Shown here: positions 59,171-64,000 of the stretch, piece after piece
Layout: each line of letters begins with the position of its first letter
How positions within the stretch are numbered: position 1 is the stretch's first letter
Assembly: GCA_963775685.1 (NCBI GenBank)
Contig: CAVZJV010000014.1
Coordinates: 1,952,001 to 2,016,000, forward strand
Source: Candidatus Bathyarchaeota archaeon
GTDB lineage: Archaea; Thermoproteota; Bathyarchaeia; Bathyarchaeales; Bathycorpusculaceae
DNA: 64,000 bases
Direction of reading: 5' to 3'
Program-made: the position numbers and the translations under genes
Notes under the pieces: model-generated
The model's input: the letters and a program-made list of their open reading frames with translations, nothing else
Databases searched by the model: none
What the model was told of the DNA's origin: nothing

Positions 59171-61477
59171 TTGAAAAGCACCATGACAAAAGAGAAGAGA
59201 ATCGAAGTTGTATTCATAGTTATTTTCTCAGTGCTTGTCCTTGCCGTCTTCTATACCCTCATATCCATGAACGGAGTGGCTTCAGGAAATGACCCTGCAG
59301 TGCATCTGGAAAAAGCCCAAATTTTCTTAAATACTGGCAAAATTCCACTAGTAAATTTAGGTTGGACACCACCGCTATATGAAATTTTACTGGCTATGTT
59401 CATTTCTTTTACAGGGGCAACGGACATTGGTCAGTACATTTTTTTGGTTAAGGTTTTAGCTGTGATGATTGATTGGTTGATGTTTCTCTCTGTCTATTTG
59501 CTTGCTAGTAAATTTTTTAGCAAGAAAGTCGGCGTTGTCGCCGTTATCCTACTGCTGATGTGCTTCCCGACGTATGAAATGAACCAGTTCGGCGGTTATA
59601 CCACTGTTTTAGCATTAGCGTTCATGTTCTTGGTTTTTCTCTACACACCACTTGCGGTGGAGAGATTTGGGTATCTGGTAGTTACATTTTTTGTGGCTTT
59701 CGGGGTTGTTTTATCGCATCAACTCGCGGCGTTTCTTTCAATTTTCATAATGCCGCCGATACTGATTTTTATGCTGATTAAATCGAAAGGCGCCTACCTG
59801 AAAGTAGTATTGGCCTTGATCTTAGGCGGCGGAATAGCTTTCTTTCTCTACTATTTCCAAGCCATGATTGGCTACCTTGACCTAGTAATCGAATACGTGT
59901 TTTTCGCAGTAAAAACCTATGCATACCAGATTCCGTCGGTTAGCTTTAACGCGTTTATAGTTAATTTCGGCTTCGTGTTCTTCTTGGCTTTTGCGGGCAT
60001 TTTTGTCTCATTCTACATATTGAAAAAGCAGAAGAAGATGATTTACTTTCTCATTTTGATGCTTAGTCTTTTTGTTCCGTTTTTCTTTGCAGAATCCTAT
60101 CTTGTTGGCTTTTTCATGCCGTTTAATTGGTTTGTCTACTATCTTGCACCTTTTTTGGTGGTTTTTGCGGCTGTTTCAGTTGTTTTCTTTGTGGACAAAT
60201 CATTAGCTTTCTACGAAAAGAGGAAGGCGATGTTTAAGAAAAATTGGGTGAAAATAGTCACTGTTTCTGCCATAATCTTGCTTTCTTTAATGGTTGTCCA
60301 ACGTTCCGACGTAGTTTATGGGAAAATCAATGAAGCCAGCGTTTACTACTCAACCACCGACATAAAAGCCTACGACGCAGGAGTCTGGCTTAGAGCCAAC
60401 TACCCAGGAAACAGTACGGTTGTAGTTACTGAGATTCCGGGTTTTTGGTTCCAAGAATTTTCTGGCAAGAACGTTACAGCCCAAACAGACCATACTGTTC
60501 AACGCAATGAGCTTGCCGAGTCGGTTCTTAGCTTGTCATATGAGATTGAGCAACCGCAAACGTTGATTAGAGCTTACCAAGCTCTAGGAGATATCGCCGA
60601 TGAAACCTTCGTTTCCTTTGACCAAGTTTGGAATAGGATTTCTTATACTTCAGAATCTGGCGATTTCATCTACTACTCCATAAACGGATCTAATTATAAG
60701 CTGCAACTTTCAGACATGAATAAACAAATAGTCTTTGAGGCTCAAAGTATGCCAAAGAAGATAGAGCTGATATACTCAAACGACTATGTAGCGCTAACCA
60801 AAACTGTTACGGTTGAAGACACAAGGTACCCCATGACTATTTCTTGGGCGCTAACACCCTTGAAAACTGAAATCTTCAATGCCTCGCTTTATCTGAGCAC
60901 TTTTTTTGACCTCAAATACGACTTTGACAAAGCCCAAATTCCCCAGTTGCTGGATTGGATTAATCCATGGGATGCACCTTCACCGATAAAAACCGTTCAT
61001 GAAACCGATAACAAGCCTGATTGGGCAGTGGCAAGCTTTGCAAATACAGACCTAAAAGACAATTACATTGGGCTCTACGATAGTACAAACGATGTGGCTT
61101 TCGCGTTTAAGTTTAGTGATTTGCCCGATTGGGGGAACATCGGCGTTTTGGAAAAACGACAAATCGATGGGGTAAGGTTCCAGTACCAACTCGGCGACCT
61201 AAACGTCAACCAGGCAAATTCAAAGACATATCAAGTCCTCACTATGTCAAAAAACAGTTATCCAACATTGCAGCCCGATACCTTAGAGGGACTGTTCAGC
61301 CTCAACCCGGGAGAATTAACGCTTTTTACAAGAGATTACACCTACTACATCAAAAACAACAACGTCGGCTTTATCGTCTACGACCGAAACCACCTGGACA
61401 CCAACATGCTCAACAGCAAAATCCTTGAACTAATTTTCTCAAACGACCGATATGTCATATTCAAAATTATAAAATAA
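59171..61477 (+). CDS. Multi-pass GT-C-like membrane glycosyltransferase, tandem paralogue
   Basis: GNDP.VH, PPLY, FGGY, LSHQL; same architecture as the preceding gene. Confidence 0.7.
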   Translation: MKSTMTKEKRIEVVFIVIFSVLVLAVFYTLISMNGVASGNDPAVHLEKAQIFLNTGKIPLVNLGWTPPLYEILLAMFISFTGATDIGQYIFLVKVLAVMIDWLMFLSVYLLASKFFSKKVGVVAVILLLMCFPTYEMNQFGGYTTVLALAFMFLVFLYTPLAVERFGYLVVTFFVAFGVVLSHQLAAFLSIFIMPPILIFMLIKSKGAYLKVVLALILGGGIAFFLYYFQAMIGYLDLVIEYVFFAVKTYAYQIPSVSFNAFIVNFGFVFFLAFAGIFVSFYILKKQKKMIYFLILMLSLFVPFFFAESYLVGFFMPFNWFVYYLAPFLVVFAAVSVVFFVDKSLAFYEKRKAMFKKNWVKIVTVSAIILLSLMVVQRSDVVYGKINEASVYYSTTDIKAYDAGVWLRANYPGNSTVVVTEIPGFWFQEFSGKNVTAQTDHTVQRNELAESVLSLSYEIEQPQTLIRAYQALGDIADETFVSFDQVWNRISYTSESGDFIYYSINGSNYKLQLSDMNKQIVFEAQSMPKKIELIYSNDYVALTKTVTVEDTRYPMTISWALTPLKTEIFNASLYLSTFFDLKYDFDKAQIPQLLDWINPWDAPSPIKTVHETDNKPDWAVASFANTDLKDNYIGLYDSTNDVAFAFKFSDLPDWGNIGVLEKRQIDGVRFQYQLGDLNVNQANSKTYQVLTMSKNSYPTLQPDTLEGLFSLNPGELTLFTRDYTYYIKNNNVGFIVYDRNHLDTNMLNSKILELIFSNDRYVIFKIIK

Positions 61478-61581
61478 TCAAAATCTACTTCAAAAAGTTA
61501 TGCTCTCAAGAACTATTACTTTTTAAAAAAGGCGAAGCAATAGGCGACTTGGAAAAGCTTGACAAAGAGAGGGGTTTTGGG

Positions 61582-62688
61582 TTATTGTTTTTTGCCCATT
61601 GGGTTTGTGCGTAGTTTCTCAAGATATTTGTGGTCTTCTCGTAAGACCTTTGGGATGTAGTTGCATGCAGGGTCGGATTCGAAGAGGTCGCCAGTGTAGT
61701 ATTCTGCTCTGGTTCGGCATCCTCCGCATATTTCTCGATATTCGCAGACTCCGCATCTGCCTTTAAGATTGCTTTTGTCGCGTAATTTGAGGTGGAACTC
61801 GCTTTTTTGGAGTTGCTCCCAGGCGGTGCGTAGCTTCGTGTCTTTGACATTGCCGATTCGGTAGCCTTCGTGGAAGCCGCAGCTTCTGTAGTCGCCGTTT
61901 TCTGTTACGCCAATGTAGTTGCCGCCGATGGTGCATCGTCCGAGGTAGCCTTCATTGAACCAGTCCCAGAAGTCAACTGGGTTCTTTTGTTTGACGATGC
62001 GTGCGTAAAAGGGTGCGTAAACGTTGACTTTGACTTTGCCGTAGAGTTTGCGTTGTATATCGTAGATTTCGTTGAATGCTACCTCATACTGCTCAGGAGT
62101 TGGAGCAAGGTCTTCCATGTGTTCGCCTGCCCGCCCGACTGGCACGAGGTTGTGGTAGACCACTGAGCGGGCTTTGTATTGTTCTGCCAAAGCCGCTGTA
62201 TGCGTCATCTGGTGAATGTTATACTTAGTCATGGTGGTGACTAAGCAGTCAAGTAAGCCGACGCTGGATAATTTCTTCATGGCATGTAAGGCTTTGTCAT
62301 AACCGCCTTGGCGCCTTATCTTATCGTTTGTATCTTTCATACCATCAATGCTGATGGCTGTTTTAACATTATACTTTGTCAGTTTATTGAAGCGCTCTTC
62401 ATCCCATGCATAACCGCTCGTGATTAAACTAACATTGAGACCATGCTCTTTCTCTGCATACTCAATAATTTCCCAAATGTCCGGACGAACCAACGGCTCT
62501 CCACCGCTAATTCCGAACCATTGCGAGCCGAACTCTGCCATTTCATCAACCATATGTTTGGCTTGTTCGGTGTTTAGCTCTTGGTCTTTAGCATAATCTT
62601 TAATGTAACTGCAATATGTGCAAGTGCCGACACAGTTGCGGGTACATCGCCAAACAACCATAAACAAGGGGGTCGTGGTAGGATTCAT
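61582..62688 (-). CDS. Radical SAM/SPASM protein (NirJ/Ahb/PqqE-like)
   Basis: CVGTCTYC, SGGEPL, SPASM C...C...CGVC.....CGGCR...C. Confidence 0.9.
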   Translation of the reverse strand: MNPTTTPLFMVVWRCTRNCVGTCTYCSYIKDYAKDQELNTEQAKHMVDEMAEFGSQWFGISGGEPLVRPDIWEIIEYAEKEHGLNVSLITSGYAWDEERFNKLTKYNVKTAISIDGMKDTNDKIRRQGGYDKALHAMKKLSSVGLLDCLVTTMTKYNIHQMTHTAALAEQYKARSVVYHNLVPVGRAGEHMEDLAPTPEQYEVAFNEIYDIQRKLYGKVKVNVYAPFYARIVKQKNPVDFWDWFNEGYLGRCTIGGNYIGVTENGDYRSCGFHEGYRIGNVKDTKLRTAWEQLQKSEFHLKLRDKSNLKGRCGVCEYREICGGCRTRAEYYTGDLFESDPACNYIPKVLREDHKYLEKLRTNPMGKKQ

Positions 62689-62816
62689 TTAATTCACAGT
62701 GGAAGATAGATTTGCCAAGTCGATATAAAACTTGCTCTATGAAACCGATATTTTGCCTTTTTACTGAAACCGCAGAAAGCAAACTGTCGACAGCCTTATT
62801 TAAGGCTATTAGGGGG

Positions 62817-63272
62817 TCATCCGGCTAAAATACGGGTTTTCCGTTTCCTCTGAAGCAGTCCCTCCAACGCGAAAACAGCTAACGCCAACCCCGTTATGAG
62901 AGTAAGTAGCAGGAAGAAAACTTTGAATTCGTAAGTTTCAATCGTATAATGGATGGCTAAGATTATGACCTCAACCATTAAGATGGCGAAGAACAATGAG
63001 GCGTAGAGCCACATTTTGGGAAGCAGGTGGCTGCCCAGCCAAACCTGCCCTCGGAGGTGTGCCTTGCGTTTTACCGAGTATTCGCCGTACTCGTTTTTCT
63101 GCAAGTACCCCAAATCTTCAAGTTTTTGCAGGTGCCTGTAGGCAACGCTTGGACTGCTAAGTCCGGCGCCTTTCATAACGTCTCTGGGACCGACTGGCTT
63201 ACCCCTGTTTACCGCGTGCAAGTACACATTTAGCGTTAGTCCTTCTATTTCCTGGGTGTCAATGTTGGTCAA
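62817..63272 (-). CDS. Membrane-anchored winged-HTH protein
   Basis: GPRDVM....SSPSVAYRHLQKL followed by two TM helices. Confidence 0.8.
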   Translation of the reverse strand: MTNIDTQEIEGLTLNVYLHAVNRGKPVGPRDVMKGAGLSSPSVAYRHLQKLEDLGYLQKNEYGEYSVKRKAHLRGQVWLGSHLLPKMWLYASLFFAILMVEVIILAIHYTIETYEFKVFFLLLTLITGLALAVFALEGLLQRKRKTRILAG

Positions 63273-63515
63273 GTTTTTAACTCCAGAGGCAAAGGGATAG
63301 TTTAGTATTTATCTCGTATTAGCTTTATCTAAAGTCCTCTGTTTGCGTCTAAAGATTTCTGTTTTTCTCCTTTAATTGGCAGGCGATGGATAGGGTATGA
63401 AGCAAGGTAGGCTGCTAAACGGGGGGTCTCTTTCAAAACTGCTTTGAGGCTATCTCCGAAAGAGTTTAATAGCTAATACTTTTAATAAAATTCTTCATTT
63501 GAGAAGGTAAATCAA

Positions 63516-64000
63516 ATGAGTAATGAATCCTCAAAAGATCTAACTGTAAATCCAGCACCCCACATAACCGGTTCAATGACTAAAAATCGCATGATGCAAT
63601 ACACCTTTTTTGCTATCCTTGCAGTCCTAGTTGTTTCGGCAGCTCTTTGGTCACAAACCACCACCCAATCTGGATGGAATCTTGGCTTAACCGTTGCCAT
63701 TTGCGCCCTCATTTCCGTCGGTGTCGCTGTTGGCGCGGATGTGCTAATCGGCAAATTGAGCGTCGACAGTGAAATAAACATATGGTCAGCCGCCGTATTT
63801 GGTTTAATTGTGACCGCTTGTTACACCCTTGGTTCACCGTCCATGAACACTGAAATTGGATTGCCAGTTGAAGCTCCCAGTGCGTTCTTTTATGTTGCCC
63901 TCATCTCGCTTGTAGGCATCGTTGTTTTCAAAAAAGTCATGAGTCTAGCAGGCAGAAAATGGGTTAACCCAGCTGCAGCAGCCAAATTCCTGATTCTGCT
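63516..64000 (+). CDS. rnfD: RnfD/NqrB-family membrane electron-transport subunit (runs off the window)
   Basis: MSNESSKDLTVNPAPHI..MM, SAAVFGLI, FKK....GRKWVNPAAAAK; not in ORF track because it has no stop in the window. Confidence 0.85.
   Translation, partial: MSNESSKDLTVNPAPHITGSMTKNRMMQYTFFAILAVLVVSAALWSQTTTQSGWNLGLTVAICALISVGVAVGADVLIGKLSVDSEINIWSAAVFGLIVTACYTLGSPSMNTEIGLPVEAPSAFFYVALISLVGIVVFKKVMSLAGRKWVNPAAAAKFLIL

Overview
Archaeal chromosomal window, most likely Bathyarchaeia (TACK). This assignment is inferred from the combination of Rpo6, thermosome, S25e, S17e, histone, Tes, Hel308, GPN GTPase and an MtrH/corrinoid pair. Layout: housekeeping block (1-15 kb) with trpY divergent from trpB2 across visible TRP boxes; surface-glycan island (15-28 kb) containing two radical SAM enzymes; Fe-S/sulfur operon with a degenerate IscS; hel308, purB, asnB-like and a bacterial-type metK (28-40 kb); accessory, corrinoid-flavoured right half (42-64 kb). 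Best candidate for an undescribed system: 46.9-52.0 kb, encoding a glutaminase-less Asn-synthetase-type ligase, a nitrilase-family amidase, two paralogous Cys-motif TIM-barrel-like proteins, a 2x[4Fe-4S] ferredoxin and CbiZ, possibly a cobamide remodelling/repair module. Two small genes absent from the ORF track (a classical C2H2 zinc finger and a very basic 52-aa protein) were read from the sequence. Several genes carry single-base indels, some probably assembly errors. No tRNA, rRNA, CRISPR array or transposase was recognised. All family calls come from motif recognition by eye; no database search was run.
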